Origin: a virus
Lineage: Duplodnaviria; Caudoviricetes
Direction: 5' to 3' (one strand)
Virus record (IMG/VR): IMGVR_UViG_3300043159_000017
Location: 1 to 59,388 of that record
DNA: 59,388 bases
Of the stretch, positions 39,158 to 47,597 are shown piece by piece; within the stretch, counting starts at the first letter, position 1, and the number at the start of each line of letters is the position of its first letter. The position numbers and the translations under genes were made by a program. The notes under the pieces are model-generated. The model was not told the DNA's origin. It did no database searches and saw only the letters and a program-made list of their open reading frames with translations.

Positions 39158-40141
39158 ATGCCGCGCATGCAAACCGCGCCGGTGATACTCGCAATTCTTG
39201 TTGTTGCGGCGGGAACGGCGGACCGCGCCGCGCGCGGCGAGGAGTGCCTTGCCGGACCAAACGCGCCGGCGCCGCCGGGCAGCCATTGGTACTATCGGGT
39301 CGACCGCGCCGCCCACCGCAAATGCTGGTATCTCGGCGCGCAGCGCGCGAAGCGCCACCGCGCCGCATCGGCACGACCAAGCGCCGCGGCGGCGGAAGCG
39401 GCGCCCTCCGCCGGCGCATCGCCGCCCGTTGAATCTCCCGCGCCGGTGCAAGCGGGCGCGCTGACTCCGGACGCGGCCTTCGGCTCGCGCTGGCCCGAGG
39501 CGCCCAGCCTCGCGGCCGACGCGGCGCCACGCGCGGATGCCGACCGCGCCGCCGCGACGGCAGCGCCCGTGCCCGAGCGGATAACGGCGCGGCCCGTGCT
39601 CACGACGGCCGAACCCGCGCGCCCTGCGCCGGTGCCGCCCAAGCCGCAGGAAGCGGCACCGCCTCGACCTGCAGCGCCGCCACCGCCAGCCGCAGCGGCC
39701 GCGGGCGGGCGCAGCGGGCTTCCCGCCGCGCTGTTGGGCATCGCGTTCCTGCTGGCCGTGGTGGGCACGATGCTGGTGCGCGCCCGGCGCAGGCTGGTTG
39801 TGCGCAGCTGGAGTGAGATGCGTGGCCCGGACGAGCGCGCCGCGCCAGATTCCGTGCGCGTCCGCCGCGGACTGCGCGAGATCCTCGCGAAGGCGGAGGC
39901 GTATGAAGCGCGTCGCCCGGACGAGCGCGCGGCGCGATATCCGGGGGACTCTATGCGCATCCGTCGCGGACTGCGCGAGGTCCCCGCGAAGGCGGGGACG
40001 GATGCGGTTAGAACAGACATCGCCGCGGCGACGCTCCAACCGGCGATCGACCCGTTGCCGCCGGAGCCGATCGATGCCGCGCCGGACGTCGAGCAATCGT
40101 TGCGGCAATTGCTGCAGGCCTGGCAGCGCCTGGCGGCGTGA
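39158..40141 (+). CDS. Secreted/membrane Pro-Ala-rich protein (host-like)
   Basis: Signal peptide, CL..P...APPGSHWYYRVDR...RKCWYL, TM, internal duplication PDERAA...RRGLRE. Confidence 0.8.
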   Translation: MPRMQTAPVILAILVVAAGTADRAARGEECLAGPNAPAPPGSHWYYRVDRAAHRKCWYLGAQRAKRHRAASARPSAAAAEAAPSAGASPPVESPAPVQAGALTPDAAFGSRWPEAPSLAADAAPRADADRAAATAAPVPERITARPVLTTAEPARPAPVPPKPQEAAPPRPAAPPPPAAAAAGGRSGLPAALLGIAFLLAVVGTMLVRARRRLVVRSWSEMRGPDERAAPDSVRVRRGLREILAKAEAYEARRPDERAARYPGDSMRIRRGLREVPAKAGTDAVRTDIAAATLQPAIDPLPPEPIDAAPDVEQSLRQLLQAWQRLAA

Positions 40142-40149
40142 GAGTGGAT

Positions 40150-40237
40150 GTAGGGCGCATTAGCGGCGAAGCCGCGTAATGCGCCGGCTCGTTGCGGAAC
40201 GGCGCAATACGCTGCGCTATTGCGCCCTACGGGCTAC
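40150..40237. repeat. GTAG-family REP doublet
   Basis: GTAGGGCGCATTAG...TATTGCGCCCTAC. Confidence 0.85.
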
Positions 40238-42714
40238 AGTTGCGGCTGCAGATAACGAGCGCCCGAGATCCTCCCTGTGGTGGGGTCGCGCACGAACTCG
40301 ACGGGGGGACGCGGGGCGCGCAGGGCGGCCACGAGCTGCTGGATGGGATCGGACGTGTCCGCCGCGGGCGCGCCACCCTCGCCTTCCGGCGTCTGTTCGC
40401 GCGCCGCCTCGATCGCCCGTTGCTGCGCCTGCTCCTGCGCATCGGCGACCTGCATCGCGTGGCGGTGGCCCTGATCGTGCGCGGCGAGCATGCGGTCGTG
40501 CACCTGGTGGGCGTGGTCGAAGGCCGAGTTGCGCTCGTCGCTCGCCTGGCGGCGCTGCTCGAGGCCGACCTTGGCGATCGCGGCGGTGCCGAGCATCTGG
40601 GCGTGGCCGGCCTGCGCCTGGGCGTGCTGCGCCTGCGCGCGCTTCTTGGCGATCTCGGCGAGCATGTTCTGCAGCATCAGCCCCTGCTGCTGCTGCTGCA
40701 TTTGCTGCTGCTGCTGTTGCATCTGCGGGTTGGGCGGCTGGATCGTGAGGAAGCGCTTGCCCCCGTCGCGGTAGCCGACCGCGCCGAACACCTCGTTCGC
40801 CACCTCCTCGATGTTCATCGACACCTGACCGGTCTGGAACTCCTTGGTTTGCGCGGCAAGCGGCGCAAACACCGCGGTGGCGTCGCGGAACTTGGCGAGC
40901 CGCTGCTGCGGGTCGCCGACGCCGAGCCCGGCGTTGATGCGGATCGTCACCTGATGGTCCATCAGGTCGTCGGTGATGCGGTTGACCCCGTGCTTCTGCC
41001 ACAGCTGGGCGCGGCTGCCGGCGATGCCGAGGATGATGGCGTCGGATTCGTAATACTGCTCGAGCCGCACCACCTGGGCGAGCGCGGGCTCGGCCCAGGT
41101 CTCGATCCACAGGCGGATATCGAACTCCTGCACCGCGTTCGAGGCGCCGGCGATGAGCTTCAAGCCGCCGACCGTGTCGTTGAGGGTGCGGTTGGTCTGC
41201 ACCGAGCCGGCGTTGAACTGGCCGGCGAGGTCGTCCATGTCGACGTCGAGCTTCTCCATGCCGACGATCACCGACTGGGGGATGTCGACCGGCCGGGCGA
41301 AGTCGATGTCGTCGAGGCGGGTCACCAGGATATGGCTGTTGGGCCCGCGCCGGTGCAGCGCCTCGAGATCGACGCTGCGCCCGCGCACCACCTTGGTCAC
41401 CGGCGCGACGTTCTGCTTCATGGTGTCGAGATAGAGGTTGGCGACGTCGTTGATCTCAGCTTGAGTCTGCTGCCAGCTCTCGACCGGCGCCATCGGATAG
41501 ATGCGGTGCGCCTCGAGCGCGCCGTAGCCGATGACGACCGGCCGGTCGCCGGCCTGCTCGGGATAGACCTCGCGCACCGGCTTCGGGTCCGTGAGGAACG
41601 CCTTGTCGCCGAGCGAGAAGAAACACTTGTCCTCGCCGTCGATGCGGATGAACGCCTCGTAGACCCAGATGATGTCGAACTCGGCGGAGTTCTGCGTCTC
41701 GTCGAAGCGGTCGAGGCCGAACTCGCGCGCCCGCCGGATCGCCGCGGCGTCGAATTTCGAGGCCTCCGCCGTGCCCTTGAGGAGATCGGGCGGCAGCGCC
41801 TTCCACGGGTTGAGCGGGTCTTGCGTGCGCTTCTCCACCTCGTAGAGCCGCATCGGATACTTGAGCAGCAGGTAGGCGGCGCTCTGCGCCGGGTTGGTCC
41901 AGTCGGCCGCCGGATCCATGATCACGCACTCGGGCGGGAACAGGCGGATGTCGGGGCGGTCGATGTCGGGGACGTAAACGGGGCGTTTCGTCGTCTCGTA
42001 GGCGCCGGTCGACGCATTGAGCGAGAGCGCGGGATTGCCGGCTTCGTCGGTCGCGTCCTCCTCGTGCGATTTCCGCAGCTCGAGCTTCCAATACTGCTTC
42101 GAGGCGCAGATGCCGGCGATCTGGGCGTCCTGGCGCGCACCCATCGCCACCAGGAACCACGGCAGCGCGGCGCGGCCGGAGGTGCGGTCGGTGCGGTAGT
42201 TGATCAATTCCTGCATCAGGCCGGCGGCGGCGCGCTGGCCGGCGTCCGCCTCGTCGCCCGCCGAGCAGGTGATGGCGTCGACCGTGCCGAACAGGGAGGC
42301 CGCCACCGCAGCCTGGTCCTTGCGCACCGCCGAGCGCGTCTTGGGGCGGAAGATCTTCGAGCGATTGGCCCAGTCGCGGTGGCCGTACTTGGAGCCGACG
42401 AAGTGCTCGTTGTGGAACGCGCGGTAGGACCGCGACCAGGCGCGCCGGTTGACCTGCTGGACGTAGAGGTTCGCCTGCTGCTCGGCGATGGTGATGAGAT
42501 GCAGGTAATCGGGCGCAGAGCCTGCCCCCGGGCTTGACCCGGGGGTCCCCACCCGCTCGGGCGCGCTGCCGGGGGGCGTCGCGGCGTCGAGCGCGTGCTG
42601 GTAGAGGTTGTTGACCCCGTCCTCGCCGGGCGGCGAGCCCTGCTCGAAGAAGCCGACCTGGCTCACCCGCGCATCTCCGACGGGGTCTTCGCCTGGGGGA
42701 GTGGCGCGGAGCAT
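40234..42714 (-). CDS. Portal protein (P22-like)
   Basis: 826 aa downstream of terminase; SKIFRPKTR, MDPAADW, Q.EIN...N..LD, long Gln-rich helical C-terminus. Confidence 0.88.
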   Translation of the reverse strand: MLRATPPGEDPVGDARVSQVGFFEQGSPPGEDGVNNLYQHALDAATPPGSAPERVGTPGSSPGAGSAPDYLHLITIAEQQANLYVQQVNRRAWSRSYRAFHNEHFVGSKYGHRDWANRSKIFRPKTRSAVRKDQAAVAASLFGTVDAITCSAGDEADAGQRAAAGLMQELINYRTDRTSGRAALPWFLVAMGARQDAQIAGICASKQYWKLELRKSHEEDATDEAGNPALSLNASTGAYETTKRPVYVPDIDRPDIRLFPPECVIMDPAADWTNPAQSAAYLLLKYPMRLYEVEKRTQDPLNPWKALPPDLLKGTAEASKFDAAAIRRAREFGLDRFDETQNSAEFDIIWVYEAFIRIDGEDKCFFSLGDKAFLTDPKPVREVYPEQAGDRPVVIGYGALEAHRIYPMAPVESWQQTQAEINDVANLYLDTMKQNVAPVTKVVRGRSVDLEALHRRGPNSHILVTRLDDIDFARPVDIPQSVIVGMEKLDVDMDDLAGQFNAGSVQTNRTLNDTVGGLKLIAGASNAVQEFDIRLWIETWAEPALAQVVRLEQYYESDAIILGIAGSRAQLWQKHGVNRITDDLMDHQVTIRINAGLGVGDPQQRLAKFRDATAVFAPLAAQTKEFQTGQVSMNIEEVANEVFGAVGYRDGGKRFLTIQPPNPQMQQQQQQMQQQQQGLMLQNMLAEIAKKRAQAQHAQAQAGHAQMLGTAAIAKVGLEQRRQASDERNSAFDHAHQVHDRMLAAHDQGHRHAMQVADAQEQAQQRAIEAAREQTPEGEGGAPAADTSDPIQQLVAALRAPRPPVEFVRDPTTGRISGARYLQPQL

Positions 42715-42725
42715 GGGGACGTCCC

Positions 42726-42822
42726 GTAGGGTGCATTAGCGCCGCAGGCGCGTAATGCACCGTTTGCATTTGTCTGACAGGCAGCCGGCGCATTACGGCG
42801 CTGCGCGCCTAATGCGCCCTAC
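42726..42822. repeat. GTAG-family REP doublet
   Basis: First unit identical to that at 4140. Confidence 0.85.
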
Positions 42823-43286
42823 GAAGGCACCTTTCGTGAGCGATCGAGCAGCACGGAATCCCGCTCCCTTGCTTCCAGGAAGCGGTCGAGGTCGAATTTT
42901 CCGCGCGGCAGCCGATAGCGCTCGAGCAGCTCGCCGCCGCCCTTGAGCACCGCCTCGGCGGTGAGGTCCTTGCCTTTGACGAGATAGGCGTAGTGCGCGC
43001 CCATCAGCACCGGGATGCGAAAGGCGACGTAGCCCTGGTGGCTGTCGGCAACCACTTCCCAGTCGTGGCCCGGGTAGGCCGTGTCGAGAATGCGCCGAAC
43101 CGCCCGCGCAGCGGCAACGTCGGTACGCGCGCGCGAAAAAGAGCCGTCGCCCGACGGCACGAACCGCGCCTGCACCTTCATCAGCCGGCCGCCCGAGCGC
43201 CCGATCTCCTCGCGCACGAGGATGGGCATATCGCCCGCGCCGGCGATGGCGGACTCCGCCGGCAGCGCGCTGCGCACATTGCTCAT
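42819..43286 (-). CDS. Hypothetical phage protein
   Basis: YPGH.W.V...GGELLERYRLPR motif; between terminase and portal. Confidence 0.7.
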   Translation of the reverse strand: MSNVRSALPAESAIAGAGDMPILVREEIGRSGGRLMKVQARFVPSGDGSFSRARTDVAAARAVRRILDTAYPGHDWEVVADSHQGYVAFRIPVLMGAHYAYLVKGKDLTAEAVLKGGGELLERYRLPRGKFDLDRFLEARERDSVLLDRSRKVPS

Positions 43287-43293
43287 GGGATTC

Positions 43294-43515
43294 TCACAGA
43301 TAGGGCGCGAAGTACCAAACACCCGATTTCTTCTCGGTGTAGTCGTGCGCCACATTCGACTGCGTGCCGGGCGATTGTCCCGGCGGAAAGGTGGTGAGCG
43401 AGACTGTGCCGTTGGCGTTCACGCCGGTGATGATGGCGGGATAGGCGGTGGTGGCGTTCGCCCGATAGATGACGAGGTGGCCGGCCTGCGGGCCGGCGCC
43501 GGGGGCTGCGGGCAT
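43294..43515 (-). CDS. Small hypothetical phage protein
   Basis: G..V.Y.....PAIIT.V...G.V.L..F.P. Confidence 0.7.
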   Translation of the reverse strand: MPAAPGAGPQAGHLVIYRANATTAYPAIITGVNANGTVSLTTFPPGQSPGTQSNVAHDYTEKKSGVWYFAPYL

Positions 43516-43647
43516 GGGTGGATCCTTGATGAACGAATTGCGGAAGCCGCGAGTAGCGAATAGCGAATAGCGAATAGCGAGTTCAGCGCGCTCGCTTCAC
43601 TACTCGCTATTCGCTACTCACTATTCACTCGGCGGCCAAGCCGCCGA

Positions 43648-43753
43648 TCAATAATTCGCGTAAGCGCCGCGCTTGCTGCGGTCCGCGTGGAACCAGCGGC
43701 CGGAGAACTCGTATTCGATCTCGTGGTGCTTATCGCGCTCGAAGTTCGGGTCG
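43648..43753 (-). pseudogene. Duplicated 3' end of the 45137-45349 gene
   Basis: About 106 nt encoding DPNFERDKHHEIEYEFSGRWFHADRSKRGAYANY*. Confidence 0.9.
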
Positions 43754-43904
43754 CCTGGGTGACGAGCGAGAGCCACGGCAAGGGCGATCCTGAGATTGAA
43801 ATGCTCGACGGGCCGTGTCAGGCTGAGCCGCGTTGCGTGCAGAATGATAGACACCAGCCATGCGGCCAAGCCCGTCCGGGCTCGCGCCCTACCGGAGAGT
43901 GTTC

Positions 43905-45092
43905 ATGGCGCGCTTGTTCTGGACCAAAGGCATCGACGTCGTCGGCATGGCCGGACAGTTCTGGATTTTCGCGATCTCGGCGGATCGCGAGATGATCTAC
44001 AAATATTGGGACGGAGCGAATTGGCAGCCGTCGGCGTCGGGGTGGAACTCCCTGGGCGCCGACTTCGTGAGCCCACCCTCGGTCGCCGGGCGCGGCGATC
44101 CCGGTACGGTGCAGATCGACGTGGTGGGCGTGGGCGTGACGAGGAACAGGTTCGGGCAAACGAGCACGGCGGTCCTGCACAAGTTCTGGAACGGCAGCGC
44201 ATGGCAGCCGGCGAGCGCGTGGGACAATCTGGGCGAAATAACCCTCCAGGACCCAGCAAGCAACTGGACTGCGCCGGTTGCAATCACCGGCGCCGGCCCC
44301 AATAGGCTCGACGTCGTTGCAATCGATGCAAGCGGCCAAGTCTACCACAGATACCTGGCGAGCGGCGCGTGGCAGCCGGCCGCCGGCTGGGAATTGCTCG
44401 GTGCCGGAGTTCGCGGTGCGCCGGCGATTGCCGGGGTGGGTCGACCGCCGCTGCGCTTCAACGTGTTCGCAGCAGGAACCCCTCCTCCCTACAACATCCT
44501 GCACCAGTATTGGAACAACAGCAGCTGGCAGCCATCACAGACCACGTGGGAGAGCATGGGCGGTGCCGCCAGCGAAACTGCCCCCGAGGCCTTTGGCGGG
44601 GTGGTCGCGGCCGGGATGAACTCCGACACTCAGTTCGACGTGTTCGGTTTCAGCGCGGATGCGTCGGCGATTTGGCAAAAATCATTTTACCTCGCCGACC
44701 CATCATCGTGGCACCCATTGCAGCAATGGAACGCCATGAATTTGACCGGATTCCCGGCCGCCGTTGAGTCCGGTACTCCTTTCAATCGGGTGGACCTGTT
44801 CGTGACCGACGATCGGGTGTTGCATTGCTCCAAGCCCGTCGGCCCGGGCGGCGGATTTTCCGCGGTGGAGGATATCGGGGGTGGGTTACCTGCGTCGATT
44901 TGGGTTCCTGCCGCCGCGGCGGACTGCATCTACCCGGCCTTCGGCACCGGACAAATCCATGTCGCGTACATCAACCAGGACGGCATGCAGCACAAATATT
45001 ACGACGGCAGCAACTGGCAGCCCTCGCAAACCGGCTGGAACCCGATCGGAAACGGCCTCAACAACAACGGGTTCTCGTGGCCTGGTAACTAG
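43905..45092 (+). CDS. Trp-rich repeat beta-propeller, lectin-like
   Basis: Repeats HK(Y/F)W.G..WQPS..GW..LG; GGAGAG RBS. Confidence 0.75.
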   Translation: MARLFWTKGIDVVGMAGQFWIFAISADREMIYKYWDGANWQPSASGWNSLGADFVSPPSVAGRGDPGTVQIDVVGVGVTRNRFGQTSTAVLHKFWNGSAWQPASAWDNLGEITLQDPASNWTAPVAITGAGPNRLDVVAIDASGQVYHRYLASGAWQPAAGWELLGAGVRGAPAIAGVGRPPLRFNVFAAGTPPPYNILHQYWNNSSWQPSQTTWESMGGAASETAPEAFGGVVAAGMNSDTQFDVFGFSADASAIWQKSFYLADPSSWHPLQQWNAMNLTGFPAAVESGTPFNRVDLFVTDDRVLHCSKPVGPGGGFSAVEDIGGGLPASIWVPAAAADCIYPAFGTGQIHVAYINQDGMQHKYYDGSNWQPSQTGWNPIGNGLNNNGFSWPGN

Positions 45093-45136
45093 CCCTGGCC
45101 CGGCGGCCATGCTTGCGCCGGCTTGGGCGTCTGCCG

Positions 45137-45349
45137 TCAATAATTCGCGTAAGCGCCGCGCTTGCCGCGGTCGGCGTAGAACCAGCGGCCGGAGAACTCG
45201 TATTCGATCTCGTGGTGCTTATCGCGCTCGAAGTTCGGGTCGGCTTGCGTCACCAGCACCAGCCACGGCCGCGAAGTCGCGGTGACGCGGTTGTTGATGG
45301 CGTTGCCCTGCATGTAATAGGGCGGCAGCTGTTCGGTCGGGAGCGTCAT
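45137..45349 (-). CDS. Small hypothetical phage protein (intact copy)
   Basis: MTLPTEQLP...GAYANY. Confidence 0.7.
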   Translation of the reverse strand: MTLPTEQLPPYYMQGNAINNRVTATSRPWLVLVTQADPNFERDKHHEIEYEFSGRWFYADRGKRGAYANY

Positions 45350-45430
45350 TTGCTCTTTTCCTCTTCGACGCCATGCACTAAAGGAACCACAAAGCTGCTG
45401 CCCGCTGCGGCAATCGATGGGAGCGATGTC

Positions 45431-46168
45431 GTGAGCTTGATACCGGGATGGGACTCGATCGCAAGCGCAGGCTGGTGGAGTAACTTCTATTTCTGGGCCG
45501 GCATAGCCGGCCTGCTTCTGTTGGGCGTAAGCGAGGTTGTCTCCCACCGGTATACGGAACGAAAAGACGAGCTGGTTGCTGAGGATCAAGACGCTACTCA
45601 GAGAAGACACGATGAAGAGATGGCGCGCCTTCGTGTGGAAGCCGCACGGTTATCGGCCGAGGCGGACTCGGCTCGGGCCGCTATCGCAAACGCCAATACT
45701 GAAACGGCGAAAGCCAACGAGTCGGCGGCTAGGGCGAATGAGCGCGCTGCCCAACTAAAATTGACCCTAGAACAGGAAATTGCTGCGCGCCAACCGCGAA
45801 ACATCACCGCGGACGAACATGCAAGAATGGTGGCATATCTGCAAACGGCGAGACCGAAAGGAGCGATTGTTGTAATCTGGAAGATCTTTGATGAAGAAGC
45901 AGAGCAATTTGCGAAAAAGATCATTGCAGTTCTGAAGGACGCTGGATTCGACACCAGCGAAGGTAACGGCCCACTTTCATTCGGCACTCCTGGACAGTGG
46001 ATCGTTGTGCGTGACCTTAAAACGTTTCAAAGTACTCCCAATGCAATCGGTGCCATCCAAGGTGCTTTTCGAGATATCCTCCATATCGAATTTGATGGGG
46101 TACAGCGAAAGGACCCATGGCCTGATCTGGGAGAGGTCGTAATTGCCGTCGGCAGAAAGCAGCAATGA
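45431..46168 (+). CDS. TM + coiled-coil hypothetical protein (moron)
   Basis: Lower GC, one TM then coiled coil; start uncertain. Confidence 0.7.
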   Translation: MSLIPGWDSIASAGWWSNFYFWAGIAGLLLLGVSEVVSHRYTERKDELVAEDQDATQRRHDEEMARLRVEAARLSAEADSARAAIANANTETAKANESAARANERAAQLKLTLEQEIAARQPRNITADEHARMVAYLQTARPKGAIVVIWKIFDEEAEQFAKKIIAVLKDAGFDTSEGNGPLSFGTPGQWIVVRDLKTFQSTPNAIGAIQGAFRDILHIEFDGVQRKDPWPDLGEVVIAVGRKQQ

Positions 46169-46323
46169 ATGCCAACGCACAGGATCGGAAGTGGATGGTC
46201 CGCAGTAGCGGCGCAGGGTCAGCGGGAATCGGCTGCAAGTCAATGAATCGCAAATCCGATATAAGACCGAATTGGAATATCTAACTTCTGTCCTAGAGGG
46301 CCGAGGCCGCGAACTGAGGCGGC

Positions 46324-46593
46324 CTATGGGCGCGGCGGCCAAGCTATCTTGCCGTCTTTTCGATAAGTCTCGACAGGGGGGCTCGACCAGACGCGGTTGA
46401 TGATATAGCCGAGACCCGCTCCGGCGGCGACTCCTGCCACAAGGCCAATGACTGGCGCGGCAGCAGTCGAGGCTAGTCCTAGACCAATGACGGACCCCAG
46501 AGCCCCAAGGCCGGCCGCTCCGGCGCTTACGCTTTCTCGCTCCTGGGCCCTCACCGCAGGGTCGTCAGTGGCGGCGGAGTGATGCACGGTCAT
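46324..46593 (-). CDS. Small glycine-zipper-like membrane protein
   Basis: GAAGLGALG..., GLVAGVAAGAGLG. Confidence 0.55.
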   Translation of the reverse strand: MTVHHSAATDDPAVRAQERESVSAGAAGLGALGSVIGLGLASTAAAPVIGLVAGVAAGAGLGYIINRVWSSPPVETYRKDGKIAWPPRP

Positions 46594-46605
46594 TTTCCGG
46601 CCCTC

Positions 46606-46989
46606 TCAGACCTTGTGGCACAAGTATACCGAAAAAATGAGGAGCCCGCCAGTTACCGCATACACGCGTACGCTCGCATTAAACGTAGGATCGTGTCGCC
46701 AAATTACAATCATACCAGCGTACAGCGATACCGCGATAGCGGCAAACATCAAACCACCGCCCAGAGCCGGGCGCTGGGCGATAGTAGGCAAAAGATTGTA
46801 CATGGAAGCACCAATTAGCGTGATACAGTAGAAGGTTAGCGCCCAGGGCGTCATTTCTCCTACTACCAAGGTCCAGTTAATTGGGAATTGCGGTTGCCCG
46901 GTCGACCAGAGCAAAACCACTATGGCTGACATTACAACGGGCCCGGCAAGAGGGGCCACAACCTGCCACAGGAACCATTGCCACTTCAT
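46606..46989 (-). CDS. Four-TM membrane protein, low GC
   Basis: 127 aa hydrophobic; GGAGG RBS. Confidence 0.7.
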   Translation of the reverse strand: MKWQWFLWQVVAPLAGPVVMSAIVVLLWSTGQPQFPINWTLVVGEMTPWALTFYCITLIGASMYNLLPTIAQRPALGGGLMFAAIAVSLYAGMIVIWRHDPTFNASVRVYAVTGGLLIFSVYLCHKV

Positions 46990-47058
46990 TTGCCCCCTCC
47001 CCTAACTCGCGGAAGGATTGCATAAGAGGGCAAACCCGCAAAGTGCTATTTAGGACAC

Positions 47059-47181
47059 GGGCTGGAACACCTCGGGCGGGTAACCGCACCGGATCAGGCG
47101 GCTGCCAAGGCCGCCGCCGTTGCGGAATTTGGACTGAAAGATCACGAGCGGAAGCGACTGCTTCTGCAAGAGATCCCGTAA
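47059..47181 (+). pseudogene. 5'-truncated paralog of the 5602-5784 gene
   Basis: LEHLGRVTAPDQAAAKAAAVAEFGLKDHERKRLLLQEIP*; in-frame stop upstream and no start. Confidence 0.7.
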
Positions 47182-47213
47182 GGGTCTCAGCCTCCCGGCG
47201 TTCGCGCTCACCT

Positions 47214-47486
47214 CTACCCGCCGGCGATGACGCGCATGGCCCGCGCCGGCATGTCGGGGGGACGGCGCGGCGGCAGGTCGGAGAACCGCGCACCGCAGGA
47301 GCCGCGCGGCTCGTCGCGCCACGGACAATCCGACGACAGGCGCACGATCAGGTCGTCGAGCAGGATCTCCGAGCCGAACTTGACCGCCGGGCGCGCGAGC
47401 CGGTAGGCCCCTGCCCGCTTGCACGTGTCGCAGCGCACCCGAACCAGAACCCACGGATAATCGACCAGCCGCCGGATGCCGGACAT
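47214..47486 (-). CDS. Small Cys/Zn-ribbon protein, probably SOS-regulated
   Basis: VRVRCDTCKR.G.Y...DCP...CGA.F.DL; LexA box upstream. Confidence 0.7.
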   Translation of the reverse strand: MSGIRRLVDYPWVLVRVRCDTCKRAGAYRLARPAVKFGSEILLDDLIVRLSSDCPWRDEPRGSCGARFSDLPPRRPPDMPARAMRVIAGG

Positions 47487-47499
47487 GGCCTGAAATTGA

Positions 47500-47523
47500 G
47501 AACGCAGCGGGAACAAAAGTCAA
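47500..47523 (-). promoter_or_regulatory. Alphaproteobacterial LexA box overlapping a sigma70 promoter
   Basis: GAAC-GCAGCGG-GAAC (GTTC-N7-GTTC on minus strand) next to a TTGACT -35. Confidence 0.75.
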
Positions 47524-47597
47524 GGCGAAGGCGCGCAACGCCGTGCCCGCCTAGGCTTGGTCAACCTAGGACTATGAACCCTTGCCCACGCTTGCGT

